Shown: positions 10,276-20,492 of the stretch, piece by piece
Numbering within the stretch: the stretch's first letter is position 1
Layout of the letters: every line of letters starts with the position of its first letter
The notes under the pieces: generated by a model
Databases searched by the model: none
What the model was told of the DNA's origin: nothing
The model's input: only the letters and a program-made list of their open reading frames with translations
Position numbers and translations under genes: made by a program
Source: a virus
Lineage: Duplodnaviria > Caudoviricetes
Direction: 5' to 3' (one strand)
Length of the DNA: 64,000 bases
IMG/VR virus record: IMGVR_UViG_3300018430_000021
Coordinates: 32,001-96,000 of that record

Positions 10276-10674
10276 ATGAGCATTAACAAGACATCAAAAC
10301 TGCTTCGCATTCTTAAAACACATACTGGTCTGATTCAAACAAAGCCAGTCGGAAAGGAATTGAGGTTTGACTACAACTTTCAAGGGTTTCATCTGCCTGT
10401 TGTAGAACCGTATCTCATGAGTGAAGGTTATCTTCAAAAGAAGTATTTTTGGATTTATAACTTTTTTGACTATTCACACCTGCATGACTATTGCATGGAA
10501 GACATATTGTCTGGTAGAAATAATGTAAACAATAATACTGTATTCGTAGTCCAGTATGACAGGATGACAGTGCCCAAGCTGCCTAAGTTTATTGACCAAC
10601 AAATTGAATACATCCAAAAGGCTATCATGCGGTTTGAACAGCAAAAGATTGAAAAGGCATTGGATGCTCTGTAA
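10276..10674 (+). CDS. Hypothetical protein, leaderless, C-terminal tail (EKALDAL)
   Basis: ATG 6 nt after TATATT. Confidence 0.75.
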   Translation: MSINKTSKLLRILKTHTGLIQTKPVGKELRFDYNFQGFHLPVVEPYLMSEGYLQKKYFWIYNFFDYSHLHDYCMEDILSGRNNVNNNTVFVVQYDRMTVPKLPKFIDQQIEYIQKAIMRFEQQKIEKALDAL

Positions 10675-10747
10675 TAAAATTCTTTAAACAAATCGTTTCC
10701 AATCTTCTAACAATTTTCTATATTATGAATATCAACGAGAGGCTATA

Positions 10748-11089
10748 ATGTTTATCACCGGCTATAAAACAATGAATAACATAAAAGTCCCGATGTGTTT
10801 CGAGACAAAGGACATTTGCGCTATTATACCGTTTTTGAATGACGGACATTATTGGGAAGGTCGAATAAGGAAGGAAGACCGCGTAATAACTATCTTTCTT
10901 AATACGATAGGCGGGCAACAGATCGGTATTTCTGATGGCGAAACTATCATGATTAACGGTGTTCCGGTAACGAATGACTGCACGGAAAATGCACTTAAGA
11001 TTATCGAGCACTTTATGATGTGCATGAATCTGGAGACTACTGATCCTCCCGTGGACTTGGACAAGCTGAAAGAAAAAGTTAAGAAATAA
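10748..11089 (+). CDS. Hypothetical protein, paralog of 9916
   Basis: Shared INGV and DPPVDLDK. Confidence 0.75.
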   Translation: MFITGYKTMNNIKVPMCFETKDICAIIPFLNDGHYWEGRIRKEDRVITIFLNTIGGQQIGISDGETIMINGVPVTNDCTENALKIIEHFMMCMNLETTDPPVDLDKLKEKVKK

Positions 11090-11127
11090 AGGTTTACAAC
11101 ATTCGGATATTTAACTATATTTAGAAC

Positions 11128-11424
11128 ATGAAACGAATCAAGATTGAACGCCTCACGGAAAAAGACTTATTTATCCCGTATGAGAAGATAGTTGGAGTAA
11201 CCGGCGGGCCAAGTACGATTCTGATAGATTACAAGACCGTCGACGATATGGGCTGGCATGTATGGCTCGCAAACGAGACCACGATGAGCTGGACAAGAAT
11301 CGACGACGACGGAAGCCAGGTAAAGAATACGCTGGTAACTAACGAGGATTTCAAGGCGTTTGTCGAATTCCTCACCGCAGTTGCCAAACAGAACGAGAGT
11401 GTCAAGGCGATAGAAAGTTTATAG
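11128..11424 (+). CDS. Hypothetical protein, leaderless, C-terminal tail (VKAIESL)
   Basis: ATG 6 nt after TATATT. Confidence 0.75.
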   Translation: MKRIKIERLTEKDLFIPYEKIVGVTGGPSTILIDYKTVDDMGWHVWLANETTMSWTRIDDDGSQVKNTLVTNEDFKAFVEFLTAVAKQNESVKAIESL

Positions 11425-11516
11425 TTATGGAACACCGCAATAAAAATTTTACTAGATTCCGGGTTTACAAGTTCCAAGAATTTAACTATAACAATAAACA
11501 AAAAGGAAACAAAATC

Positions 11517-12047
11517 ATGAGTACTAAAAGTGCAGAAGAAACCATCCGCGGACTGATTCAGGCCGCTAAGGAAAACGCTCCCGAACACCAGACGGTCGAC
11601 GGAATCGAATCCTGGAAGATTACCATGGACGGTGAAGTCTACAAGGTGTCTGTCGCGGACCGCAAGGCGAAGACCGGTCGAGCGTTCAACTGTCATGGCC
11701 TGGTGAAGATTCTCCCGGACGGAACGGAAGAAACGGTTAACCTCGGCGCCTGGAAGAAGAAGTTGTTCTACACTCTGGCCTACAACCTCCAGCAGGGCAA
11801 GGTGTTCAAGAAGAACGAACAGAATCCGACCAAGGTGAAGGCAATCGTCAAGGACATGAAGGAAAACCCGGCCAACTACACCAAGAGCGAAGACCTTATC
11901 CAGGGCACGTTCAACGGCAAGCCGATTACCGTTTCCCGCACGAAGAAGACCTACAAGTCTGGCAAGAGCATGTATCGCATCACGATGAGCGAATGCGGCA
12001 TCGTCACCCTGAAGGGTTCCCAGCTCCAGCCGCTCTTCAAGGCATAA
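11517..12047 (+). CDS. Hypothetical basic protein
   Basis: AAGGA RBS; codon usage typical of highly expressed genes. Confidence 0.8.
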   Translation: MSTKSAEETIRGLIQAAKENAPEHQTVDGIESWKITMDGEVYKVSVADRKAKTGRAFNCHGLVKILPDGTEETVNLGAWKKKLFYTLAYNLQQGKVFKKNEQNPTKVKAIVKDMKENPANYTKSEDLIQGTFNGKPITVSRTKKTYKSGKSMYRITMSECGIVTLKGSQLQPLFKA

Positions 12048-12128
12048 CCGAAAGAAAAAACCCAAATGTTTCTGTTTACGCCTTGTCCATGGTTTTCTAT
12101 ATTGTAATTAACAACGAGAGGAAAGATT

Positions 12129-12290
12129 ATGGACAAGGCTAAAGAAACAAAGAGAATGCGTGATGAAAGAATCAAAGAATCCGAAAACGGTCGCAAGCTC
12201 CGAACCAAAACTGTCCGAGACCGAACAAAGTATACCCGAAAAGGAAAACTTCGTTTTGACAGTAAAACAGGAGAGATACAACGGCCTTAG
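12129..12290 (+). CDS. Small basic protein (53 aa) with RDRTKYTRKGK motif, loosely ArfA-like
   Basis: Promoter and GAGAGG RBS before ATG 12129; not in the ORF track. Confidence 0.6.
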   Translation: MDKAKETKRMRDERIKESENGRKLRTKTVRDRTKYTRKGKLRFDSKTGEIQRP

Positions 12291-12510
12291 CCGCAACATC
12301 TACGCTGTTGACCTCGTGAAGATCGAAGAAGACGAATATGACCCGGAGGAATACGAACTGACCTATAACGGGCCGGGCGGAACACATACGTTGTCTATTC
12401 GTAAAAAGGACACGTACCTTGTCAACGGAAAGGAAATCCCTTTCGAAAAGGTACAGGCCTATCTCGAGAACCTGAGGACCGCTGCTGTAATCGATGCTCT
12501 CCCGGAATAA
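12256..12510 (+). CDS. Hypothetical protein with C-terminal tail (AAVIDALPE); start uncertain (TTG 12256 or GTG 12160)
   Basis: AAGGA RBS before the TTG. Confidence 0.6.
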   Translation: MTVKQERYNGLSRNIYAVDLVKIEEDEYDPEEYELTYNGPGGTHTLSIRKKDTYLVNGKEIPFEKVQAYLENLRTAAVIDALPE

Positions 12511-12588
12511 TTATTTTCTTCCTTGTCGTTTACAAAAAGAGAAAATTATTCTATATTAAAAATATCAACCAACAACAAGAGGTAATAA

Positions 12589-13233
12589 ATGTCTGAAAAG
12601 AACGAATCCGTAGAACAGAAGGCCGAAGCCCAGCAGGAAGCACCCAAGGTCATCTACATCTACAAGAAACACAAGAACAAGAAGAAAAAGAAGACGAATC
12701 CCAAGCCCTGTCACAACGGCGGTTATCGCATGGCCGATTTGGAAAAGGTCATGACTCCGCTCGAACTCGCCCAGTATAACAAGAAGAAGGAAGATCTTAA
12801 CAAGGCCCTTACGGAACTCAACAAGCTCAAGACGCAGGCCAACAACCTCAGTGAATATACGGACCGGGTGTTTAATCGCCTCAGTCTCGGTAACATCGAC
12901 GGTTACATCAAGCTTCTCTCCAAGCAGGTCAGACCGCTTCTTGAAAATATCAAGCGCTGGAAGAGCTGTGTCAATGATATTCGTGCCGATATTAAGGGAA
13001 TCCTTGCACCGGCCATCAAGCGTCTTGACAATATCAATTCCAAGGAACCGTACAAGCCGCAGGAAGTTCTTCGCCGCTTTACAGCCGATGTCAAGGCCGG
13101 CGAAAGCACTCCGAAGAAGGGAAGCTACACCCTCAGCCGACACGATGCTCTCGTGCTTGTGAAGGAAATTTCCGATGTCATCACTGGAAATCCCAAGGCA
13201 CAACGCATTGAAATCTTTATCGCATCGAATTAG
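12589..13233 (+). CDS. Hypothetical coiled-coil protein with lysine-rich patch
   Basis: Own promoter and RBS. Confidence 0.8.
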   Translation: MSEKNESVEQKAEAQQEAPKVIYIYKKHKNKKKKKTNPKPCHNGGYRMADLEKVMTPLELAQYNKKKEDLNKALTELNKLKTQANNLSEYTDRVFNRLSLGNIDGYIKLLSKQVRPLLENIKRWKSCVNDIRADIKGILAPAIKRLDNINSKEPYKPQEVLRRFTADVKAGESTPKKGSYTLSRHDALVLVKEISDVITGNPKAQRIEIFIASN

Positions 13234-13340
13234 AGTTTATCCTCTAGTTGATTGGGACGGACGATCTACAGGATCGCCCGTCTTTTTATTTGGCAATATT
13301 TTATGTTTACGACTTCTATGTATTTTATTATATTTGGAAT

Positions 13341-13724
13341 ATGAGGTTATTACTAAACATTGAACAGATTGCAAAAGAACTTGGACTTGAATGCTGGAAC
13401 GAATCCGGTTTTGTCAATGTCCGAATCGGTATGGCTGACTGGGATGGGACAGGTATCGAAACCGACATGGTTATAAAATACTATCATGGACCATATACCG
13501 ACGAATGGGGTCATACCGCGATGAAACGTGAAGAATTCCAGTTGATAACTAGACAACTATTCCCCGGGTCTATATCTTTAAACTACATAGACAACGATGA
13601 CAAGCTTTTTTCGTTCTTGGCTGGGTTTATATTGGTCAAGAATGATATTGGCTCATGGAGAAAAAACTACATAACTGCCCAATATAACCGGGAAATGGAA
13701 GCGATGCTGGCGGTCCTGAGCTAA
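13341..13724 (+). CDS. Hypothetical protein, leaderless, C-terminal tail (EAMLAVLS)
   Basis: ATG 6 nt after TATATT at 13329. Confidence 0.7.
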   Translation: MRLLLNIEQIAKELGLECWNESGFVNVRIGMADWDGTGIETDMVIKYYHGPYTDEWGHTAMKREEFQLITRQLFPGSISLNYIDNDDKLFSFLAGFILVKNDIGSWRKNYITAQYNREMEAMLAVLS

Positions 13725-13778
13725 AAATTCTCTTCCGTTCCTGTTTACATCTTCCGAATATTTACCTATATTATAAGC

Positions 13779-14123
13779 ATGGAAGCAAAAGTAAGTTCTT
13801 TAACAAATGCACAGGTCAAACAGTTACGTGCAGAAGGTATATTGGATTCGGAAGGTGCATATAACCTGCCTACTTCATCGTTTTTTGAAGCACTTACTGT
13901 AAACAATATGCTTTGGGAGTATAAGGAAAGCGAGTTTGACAGTTGTTATCTAAAAAACGGTAGACTAGAGTGTAAGTTTGAGCCTGGCTCAGTACCTGTC
14001 GTTAAAAGTAGCCGTAAAGAGTTGTATAATTATGCGGTAACTGTGCATAAGAGGCTTTGGTCCATTTATAATAAGCTTCGCAACAAGGAACTGTTGGACA
14101 TGATTGATAAGAACCTGGGATAA
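13779..14123 (+). CDS. Hypothetical protein, leaderless, C-terminal tail (LDMIDKNLG)
   Basis: ATG 6 nt after TATATT. Confidence 0.75.
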   Translation: MEAKVSSLTNAQVKQLRAEGILDSEGAYNLPTSSFFEALTVNNMLWEYKESEFDSCYLKNGRLECKFEPGSVPVVKSSRKELYNYAVTVHKRLWSIYNKLRNKELLDMIDKNLG

Positions 14124-14203
14124 TCCGTAATAAAATTTCCTTTGGTTTGAGTTTACAACTTCCGACTATTTAACTATATTTAGAACATAAACAAGAGGTT
14201 ATA

Positions 14204-14698
14204 ATGTTTATCGAATTCTTCAAAAGATTTTTGCCCGGTGTTAAATCGTTCCATGACATGGTGCAGGACAGGAAAAATTATATCGATGCGCTCCGTAGAA
14301 CTACACCGTCGATTTTAAGAAAGAGTCTAAACCATGTAACAGACCGTAAGTTTATGAAAGATCTCTTGAGACGTCTGTATTGTTATAAGGACCATTCTGT
14401 TCGTTATCGGATTGTCTTTACAGATAACCTCACTTATGGTGGTAGTCTCAAAACCATTTTTAATATAAACAAGAATTTTGGCCTTGCATTTGACGAATCT
14501 GAAATCAGGTTCTATTTCAACAACGATTTACAACTTGCCGATTACGACTATGAAACAACGATAAAGGAAACGCTTGACCAAATCTTAAGTCCTTATGACC
14601 TTATGGTTATACAGGATGACTACCATAGAAATATAATAACTCCTGTCAGCGATGCCGATAAGGAACTTGCGACCTATTGTCGTAATGCCTGGGACTAA
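14204..14698 (+). CDS. Hypothetical protein
   Basis: Own promoter and RBS. Confidence 0.75.
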   Translation: MFIEFFKRFLPGVKSFHDMVQDRKNYIDALRRTTPSILRKSLNHVTDRKFMKDLLRRLYCYKDHSVRYRIVFTDNLTYGGSLKTIFNINKNFGLAFDESEIRFYFNNDLQLADYDYETTIKETLDQILSPYDLMVIQDDYHRNIITPVSDADKELATYCRNAWD

Positions 14699-14776
14699 TC
14701 GAAAAGAATTTTAGAAAAGATTTGGCTTACAACTTCTAAATCTTTTTCTATATTAAGAATATCAAAAGAGGAATAA

Positions 14777-15667
14777 ATGATTAAATACAAAACCATCCAC
14801 GTCGACACCACTTCCCTTGACAACATCTTCAAGAATGTTCTCGACCTTCACAAGAAGGTAAGCGACATCAAGTGCCCGACGCTCCAGTGTCCGCAACCTG
14901 ATACTCCGGAAGTCAAAAAGTACCAAGAAGACCGAGCAAAGGCGACAGTCAAAGTCAGACTGGAACAGGTCAAATACATGAAGGAATTCTTCAAGCTGTT
15001 CAAGGACCGTTACATCAAGCTGTGCTGGCAGGGACAGAAGGCAAGGTATTACCATATCGGTGACGTGAACATTAAGGCTGTGCCGAAGAAAAAGATTGAC
15101 CAATGTACTTGGTGGGAACAGACGTTCGCGATTGACGAAAACAAAACCTACTTGGCGACATCTTCCAATACTGTGTCTTTGTCCACAAGCTTTGTCGATG
15201 CGTATGTTCGTGGTTCCAGAGTCCCGGGTGGTTTCCCGTTCAGTGAATACAACACCATGTACATTACGGAAATTACCAAGAAGGAATTCGCCGCCATCGA
15301 CAAGACTGCACTTCCCGAAGGCATTAACCATAACGTATCGTGTGCCATCAGCCCGTGGGTAATGAAAAATGGCGGTAACATTACCGACCGTGCCGAATTG
15401 AAACGTCTTGAACTTGAAATTACGCTCGCCAACAAGCAGCTTGCTTTGGTCAAGGAACGTAAGAACAACTTCTGCATCCGTCAAAACCAGGTCGAAACGA
15501 TTAAGAAGGCACCAAAGGAAGTAAAGACTGCGTTCAAGTATGCGTTCAAGGACCAGATTGAAAAGTCTGACCACAAGATTGAACTTCTTGAAAAACAGAT
15601 CGCGAAGTACAAGGACGAACTTAAAAATAAAACCTATCTTGATAAGGTTGACAAGAAAAAGAAATAA
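14777..15667 (+). CDS. Hypothetical protein with C-terminal coiled coil
   Basis: Own promoter and RBS. Confidence 0.8.
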   Translation: MIKYKTIHVDTTSLDNIFKNVLDLHKKVSDIKCPTLQCPQPDTPEVKKYQEDRAKATVKVRLEQVKYMKEFFKLFKDRYIKLCWQGQKARYYHIGDVNIKAVPKKKIDQCTWWEQTFAIDENKTYLATSSNTVSLSTSFVDAYVRGSRVPGGFPFSEYNTMYITEITKKEFAAIDKTALPEGINHNVSCAISPWVMKNGGNITDRAELKRLELEITLANKQLALVKERKNNFCIRQNQVETIKKAPKEVKTAFKYAFKDQIEKSDHKIELLEKQIAKYKDELKNKTYLDKVDKKKK

Positions 15668-15685
15668 AGCTATATTGATAGCGTT

Positions 15686-15759
15686 GGATGGATAGCTCAA
15701 TCGGTTAGAGCTCCGGACTCATAACCCGTAGGTTCTCGGTTCAAGTCCGAGTCCATCCA
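15686..15759 (+). tRNA. tRNA with CAT anticodon (elongator Met or Ile2; not initiator)
   Basis: Acceptor GGATGGA/TCCATCC with paired G1-C72, D arm gctc..gagc, loop ctCATaa, T arm ctcgg-ttcaagt-ccgag; promoter TTGACA 15648 / TATATT 15671. Confidence 0.88.
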
Positions 15760-15766
15760 TGAAAGC

Positions 15767-15839
15767 CTTCAGGTAACACTGAAGGTTTTTTCTTTATATA
15801 ATCGGTTTACAACTTCTAAGTATTTAACTATATTTAGAA
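15767..15839 (+). repeat. Terminator plus promoter direct repeat, copy 1
   Basis: cttcaggtaacactgaaggttttttctttatataatcggtttacaacttctaagtatttaactatatttagaa, identical to 16590-16662. Confidence 0.9.
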
Positions 15840-15859
15840 CATAAACAAGAGGTTATTAA

Positions 15860-16555
15860 ATGATAGATATAATTATTGGTTCTGCTATTAGTGCTGCAAT
15901 CGCTGCTCCTGATATGGGTTCTGTATATTATACAATTAAAAATCTTGAAAGCCGTATAACAGAATCTATAAGAACTATACAAGGTCAATTGGATATTATT
16001 AAAGCATTACAAATACTTACAATTTATGGTGCAGTAAAAGATGCTACCGGTAATATTGTATATACTGCTGAAGATAACAGTAAAATTGAATATAATATTG
16101 AACATAATGATATTCGTTGTTATTTATCAACGGGTGAATTGTTTTCAATAAACGGAGTAAAACAAATAGTTTTTAAAGAATTTTCTGCAAATGATGGAAG
16201 CATATTTACAATAGGTTTTTGTGATGATTTTGTTGTTATAATCGCAAAAGATAAAAAAGTAATTGACATTCCAACATATTTGCCAAGAGATGAACATTTA
16301 ATTGAGAAACATTGGTATAATAAGAAAAAGCGTTATAATTATTTGATAAATATACGACAAAAGCGATTATTAAATAATAATACCGTTAAAAATTTTTTAA
16401 ATAAATATCCGGAAATTATACCATATTACAATAAATGGATATTTAACATATATGATAAAACGTTGTTTCGAGCATTTATTGCATCACGGCTGCATGGTAA
16501 TATTTCAACGTCTGCATATAATCATGTTATGTATCTGTATAATCGAAATCGATGA
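15860..16555 (+). CDS. AT-rich hypothetical protein, probably recently acquired
   Basis: Much lower GC than neighbours; flanked by a 73-bp direct repeat. Confidence 0.75.
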   Translation: MIDIIIGSAISAAIAAPDMGSVYYTIKNLESRITESIRTIQGQLDIIKALQILTIYGAVKDATGNIVYTAEDNSKIEYNIEHNDIRCYLSTGELFSINGVKQIVFKEFSANDGSIFTIGFCDDFVVIIAKDKKVIDIPTYLPRDEHLIEKHWYNKKKRYNYLINIRQKRLLNNNTVKNFLNKYPEIIPYYNKWIFNIYDKTLFRAFIASRLHGNISTSAYNHVMYLYNRNR

Positions 16556-16589
16556 GATGATTTAAATAATATTTGATATTTTTCGCAAT

Positions 16590-16662
16590 CTTCAGGTAAC
16601 ACTGAAGGTTTTTTCTTTATATAATCGGTTTACAACTTCTAAGTATTTAACTATATTTAGAA
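16590..16662 (+). repeat. Terminator plus promoter direct repeat, copy 2
   Basis: Identical to 15767-15839. Confidence 0.9.
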
Positions 16663-16663
16663 T

Positions 16664-16984
16664 ATGATAACGTTAAAGCTAAGATATGATAAGACAGTTT
16701 CGTTGAATTCTCGAGTTTGTGACATAGAGAATATATCGATGGCGTTCAGTAGGGTACTGGACGAAGGGTATATCAATGTGACAAAGAAATGTGTCCCACC
16801 GATACAGATATATACGCCGCGAAACGTGGACCAACGGATTACATTTTACGATTCCGGACGGAAGATGAAGGAATTTGTTTTGCCGGCGAATTCGGGCGTA
16901 AAAACGTTAATTAACATGTGCGAACAGGTTAAAATGTTCAACGAGTACGCGAAGACAATCACTGCGATAGACAATCTGAAATAA
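16664..16984 (+). CDS. Hypothetical protein, leaderless, C-terminal tail (ITAIDNLK)
   Basis: ATG 6 nt after TATATT. Confidence 0.75.
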   Translation: MITLKLRYDKTVSLNSRVCDIENISMAFSRVLDEGYINVTKKCVPPIQIYTPRNVDQRITFYDSGRKMKEFVLPANSGVKTLINMCEQVKMFNEYAKTITAIDNLK

Positions 16985-17058
16985 AATATTAAACAGGTTT
17001 TATTTACAACATTTGAATATTTAACTATATTTAGAACATAAACAAGAGGTTATTAAGT

Positions 17059-17508
17059 ATGAGACCAATAGAATTTGCAATGGTTATGAAGAATTTTCCG
17101 TATAATAATCAAACGATGATTATCCGTAAGCAGCCAAAACTTCACGGTATTGGTATCTGCACGGCCATTCAGGACTATGCCAAGGCTAACAACGTTGAAT
17201 GTGTGGTAATCAATTTGGCCACATGCGATGACTTCTTCCTCCATGAACTTGACGCATTAATAACGTTCCGCCAGGGAAAGAACTTCGTCTGTGTGTTTGA
17301 TTTCACCACTGGATGTGGTAAGCCGGACAGTTCGCTCAAGGAACATCTCATGCAACTGTTGATTCATCGCGAACATAATGGCTTTAAGATTCCATATAAC
17401 GTGAAGGTTGTTATCTATGACAACATCCTTGAAGAAAAAGAATACGAACGGATTAACTTTGACGTTGCTATGATGGACAAATGTTTCGTCTGTAAGATTG
17501 AAGAATAA
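17059..17508 (+). CDS. Degenerate MoxR-like AAA domain protein (inactive Walker motifs)
   Basis: HGIGIC, VCVFDF and LMQLL..FKIP are collinear with the 2355 ATPase. Confidence 0.55.
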   Translation: MRPIEFAMVMKNFPYNNQTMIIRKQPKLHGIGICTAIQDYAKANNVECVVINLATCDDFFLHELDALITFRQGKNFVCVFDFTTGCGKPDSSLKEHLMQLLIHREHNGFKIPYNVKVVIYDNILEEKEYERINFDVAMMDKCFVCKIEE

Positions 17509-17559
17509 AACCTTTATGGTTTTATTTACAGCTTCTGGATATTTAACTATATTTAGAAC

Positions 17560-18102
17560 ATGAAAAAGAAATACGAATTTACGGAAATTACCGTTAACGA
17601 TGCCGGATTCATCATGCATCAAATCCGAGCGCTCAAAGACTTCGATGACGTGAAAGCTGGTGACCTTGGCGGCTTTATCCTTAACGAAAGCAATCTGTCT
17701 CACAAGGGTAATTGCTGGGTCTATCCTGGTTCTTTCATCGGAAACAAGGCCAGAGTGACCGGCAATGCAAAGGTAAAAGGCAATAGTGTTGTTCGTAATA
17801 CGGCCAGGGTTTATGAAAATGCGGTCATTGACAACGGTGCGGATATTTACACCGCGGCTAGGATTCATGGCAATGCCTATGTTGGCGGTCAGTTAGAAGT
17901 TAACCGTTCAGAAATCTGTGGTGATGCTCATGTAGAAGGTCATGGTATCGGTTGCCATATCTCAGGGCAGACAGTTATCCGTGACAATGCACATGTATAC
18001 CTTGAAGAAATGTCCATCTATGGAAAGATTATCAAGGACAATGAAAAAGTTGTTAAGATTAAATCACATAAAGAAACGATGGAAGCCCTTGCCAAGCTGT
18101 AA
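17560..18102 (+). CDS. Hexapeptide-repeat (left-handed beta-helix, LpxA-like) protein, leaderless, tail (EALAKL)
   Basis: IRALKDFDDVKAGDLGGFI..NLSHKGNCWV and A-x-V-x-G-N repeats. Confidence 0.8.
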   Translation: MKKKYEFTEITVNDAGFIMHQIRALKDFDDVKAGDLGGFILNESNLSHKGNCWVYPGSFIGNKARVTGNAKVKGNSVVRNTARVYENAVIDNGADIYTAARIHGNAYVGGQLEVNRSEICGDAHVEGHGIGCHISGQTVIRDNAHVYLEEMSIYGKIIKDNEKVVKIKSHKETMEALAKL

Positions 18103-18176
18103 CAAAAATCTATTCAATAAAGGTGTACAAGTTCTAAGTATTTAACTATATTTAGAACATAACCAAGAGGTATTAA

Positions 18177-19160
18177 ATGAGCGAAAATAAAGAAAACAAA
18201 ACCGAAAACAGCATGCCGAATGTCAAGAATATCAAGAAGTATTTGCCGAAGTTGCTTAAATCGGTAATCGGATTCGATAAAATCAAAGATGTGGTTAAAG
18301 ATTCGAGCGGCAAGACTGTTCAGGTCAACACATCGAGCAGCACGTTTAATTATCCGAATTCATTCTATACAGGATATAACGACAAGGGTGAAGCTGTCGC
18401 CGTCTTGAAACAAGGTACGGACTGCGACAAGAAGCCTTTTACTTATGTTCAATGGGATGACCCTGCCGGCAAACATCATTTCAGTATCGGGGCGGTCGGG
18501 TATGATTTGACAATACGTCCTAACATTCCCGAACCAGTCTTGAGCGATTTCAAAGAAGACTTTGCTGTCGAAGTTCATAACAATGACCGTAAGCAGACCC
18601 CGGATGTCAAGGTTCGTGATTTCAAGGGACGACTCGTCTTTAGCCAGACCGAAAAGGGTGACTATACCACTTATACGTATTTGCGGAATACTAAAGCGGT
18701 CACGGACTATTCGAAAACCGAATATAATACTAAGTTGAATAAAGAAAGCAGTGGCATCAAGGAATATTATGCGACGCAGACTGTGGTTCATTACGAATAC
18801 AAGGCGACCGATCCTTACTATTGCAGTAACATCATCCCGAAGTATGCTTGCGAAACGGAAAACGGTGTTCTCGTCAAGGAATTTTTCATTGAAGAAGATG
18901 CAGTCGGCGGGTTTGTGCATGTTATCGACTACAAGAATAATGAAGAATGGTGGACTGAACGTGACTATCACTACAAATATCCGGAACAGGGTTGTGCACA
19001 TCCGTCACATTTGTATATGGAAGGCGCACAGAAGTTCAAGAGCCGCGAAGAATACGATCTCTATCGAGGTAAAAAAATTGACGATATGAAAGTAAAGGAA
19101 AAGGCACGAGAAATGATGATGGCCCATCCCATGAGAATGTGCGGCCCTTGGTTCGGTTAA
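18177..19160 (+). CDS. Hypothetical protein
   Basis: Own promoter and RBS. Confidence 0.8.
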   Translation: MSENKENKTENSMPNVKNIKKYLPKLLKSVIGFDKIKDVVKDSSGKTVQVNTSSSTFNYPNSFYTGYNDKGEAVAVLKQGTDCDKKPFTYVQWDDPAGKHHFSIGAVGYDLTIRPNIPEPVLSDFKEDFAVEVHNNDRKQTPDVKVRDFKGRLVFSQTEKGDYTTYTYLRNTKAVTDYSKTEYNTKLNKESSGIKEYYATQTVVHYEYKATDPYYCSNIIPKYACETENGVLVKEFFIEEDAVGGFVHVIDYKNNEEWWTERDYHYKYPEQGCAHPSHLYMEGAQKFKSREEYDLYRGKKIDDMKVKEKAREMMMAHPMRMCGPWFG

Positions 19161-19250
19161 GCATATCTGAAGAAAAATAATTAAGACTAGAAGCTTACAA
19201 CTTCTGGTCTTTTTTCTATATTAAGAATATAAACAAGAGGTAACAAACAA

Positions 19251-19925
19251 ATGATTAACAATGAAACTATCGCTAAGGTCAATGAACAGTTCAACGATGC
19301 ACTCCGTATGACAAAGGAAATGAATCACGTTTGTAAAAATGCGGACAACGTGATGTGTACAATGAACACTATTCGCCGTAAATTCGAAGAATATTGTAAC
19401 ATCTATGATGAACTTACTTCGAAGCATGCAAAGAACTGCACAAGACTCATCGAAACGCAGGCTAGCCTTGCAAAGTTCATTGAAGGACCGGCTGAAGACC
19501 GTATTAAGGCCCTTGCAGAAGAATACAATTCGACTTCCGGCCCGAAGTATTCGCTTCTGTATGCATCGAACTATGTGGACCTTAAAAACGAACAGACTGA
19601 ACTCGAAAAAGAAATCGTCAAGTACGAAACTGCGGCGAATGCCAAAGTAATGCTCATTGATAGCTGTCACTACGCTATCAAGAACTTGTATGTGAAGTTC
19701 CAGAACTCTATGGCCGAAGCCATCCGACAGAAAGAAGCAGTACAGAAGGAACAGGCAAAGAAGCGTATCACGGTGTTTATCGACAACAGCTGGCCGATGA
19801 GTCCTCGTCAAATCCAGCAGGCAATCGATACTCTCACCGCATTCGTAAAGGTTCAGGGTGAAGGTGATGGCCCTATCGAAAAGGGAATCGAAGGACTCAA
19901 AGCTTTGAAGAAAGGCGTCGAATAA
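19251..19925 (+). CDS. Hypothetical coiled-coil protein
   Basis: Own promoter and RBS. Confidence 0.8.
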   Translation: MINNETIAKVNEQFNDALRMTKEMNHVCKNADNVMCTMNTIRRKFEEYCNIYDELTSKHAKNCTRLIETQASLAKFIEGPAEDRIKALAEEYNSTSGPKYSLLYASNYVDLKNEQTELEKEIVKYETAANAKVMLIDSCHYAIKNLYVKFQNSMAEAIRQKEAVQKEQAKKRITVFIDNSWPMSPRQIQQAIDTLTAFVKVQGEGDGPIEKGIEGLKALKKGVE

Positions 19926-20064
19926 GACATCATGGACAATACCAAATGTGTCCAGGACGGTATGTACTTCAAACTGAAGGTTGTCGAATAAAAAATTCTA
20001 ATCTTTCTTTGCTTACGATATAGGATTAAATTCCTATATTATAAGCATACAAGAGAGGTTAACA

Positions 20065-20391
20065 ATGAAAACAATTCTATTCCACGCACTTGACCAGTTT
20101 GAAATGCAGGGCATCGCCAAGATGATTAAAGATCTCAACGGCGAACTGTTCAAGATTTGCTGGTACGAAGAAGAAAGAGTAATCCGTCTTGACGAATTCG
20201 ACCATGCTTTCGTGGTAAGGACCGAAGATAACGAGGTGATTATGGCTATCCCGCGAGGACCTGACAATCTCGTTAACCGTCCGATTACTGACTTGTTCAA
20301 GCCTGACGTTACGCTTGGATGGCTGTATGCGGTCTGTTCTCTGCCGTGCATTTTTCTTAAGGGTTTTGACAAAACAAAGGAAAGAGGTTAA
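20065..20391 (+). CDS. Hypothetical protein
   Basis: Own promoter and RBS. Confidence 0.75.
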   Translation: MKTILFHALDQFEMQGIAKMIKDLNGELFKICWYEEERVIRLDEFDHAFVVRTEDNEVIMAIPRGPDNLVNRPITDLFKPDVTLGWLYAVCSLPCIFLKGFDKTKERG

Positions 20392-20492
20392 ATGAAGGCG
20401 AAACTGAATTAAAATTCTTTACTAATTTCATTTACCAAACCAACAAAAATTTCTAAATTATAAATGTAACAATTAACAAAGAGGTACAAAAC

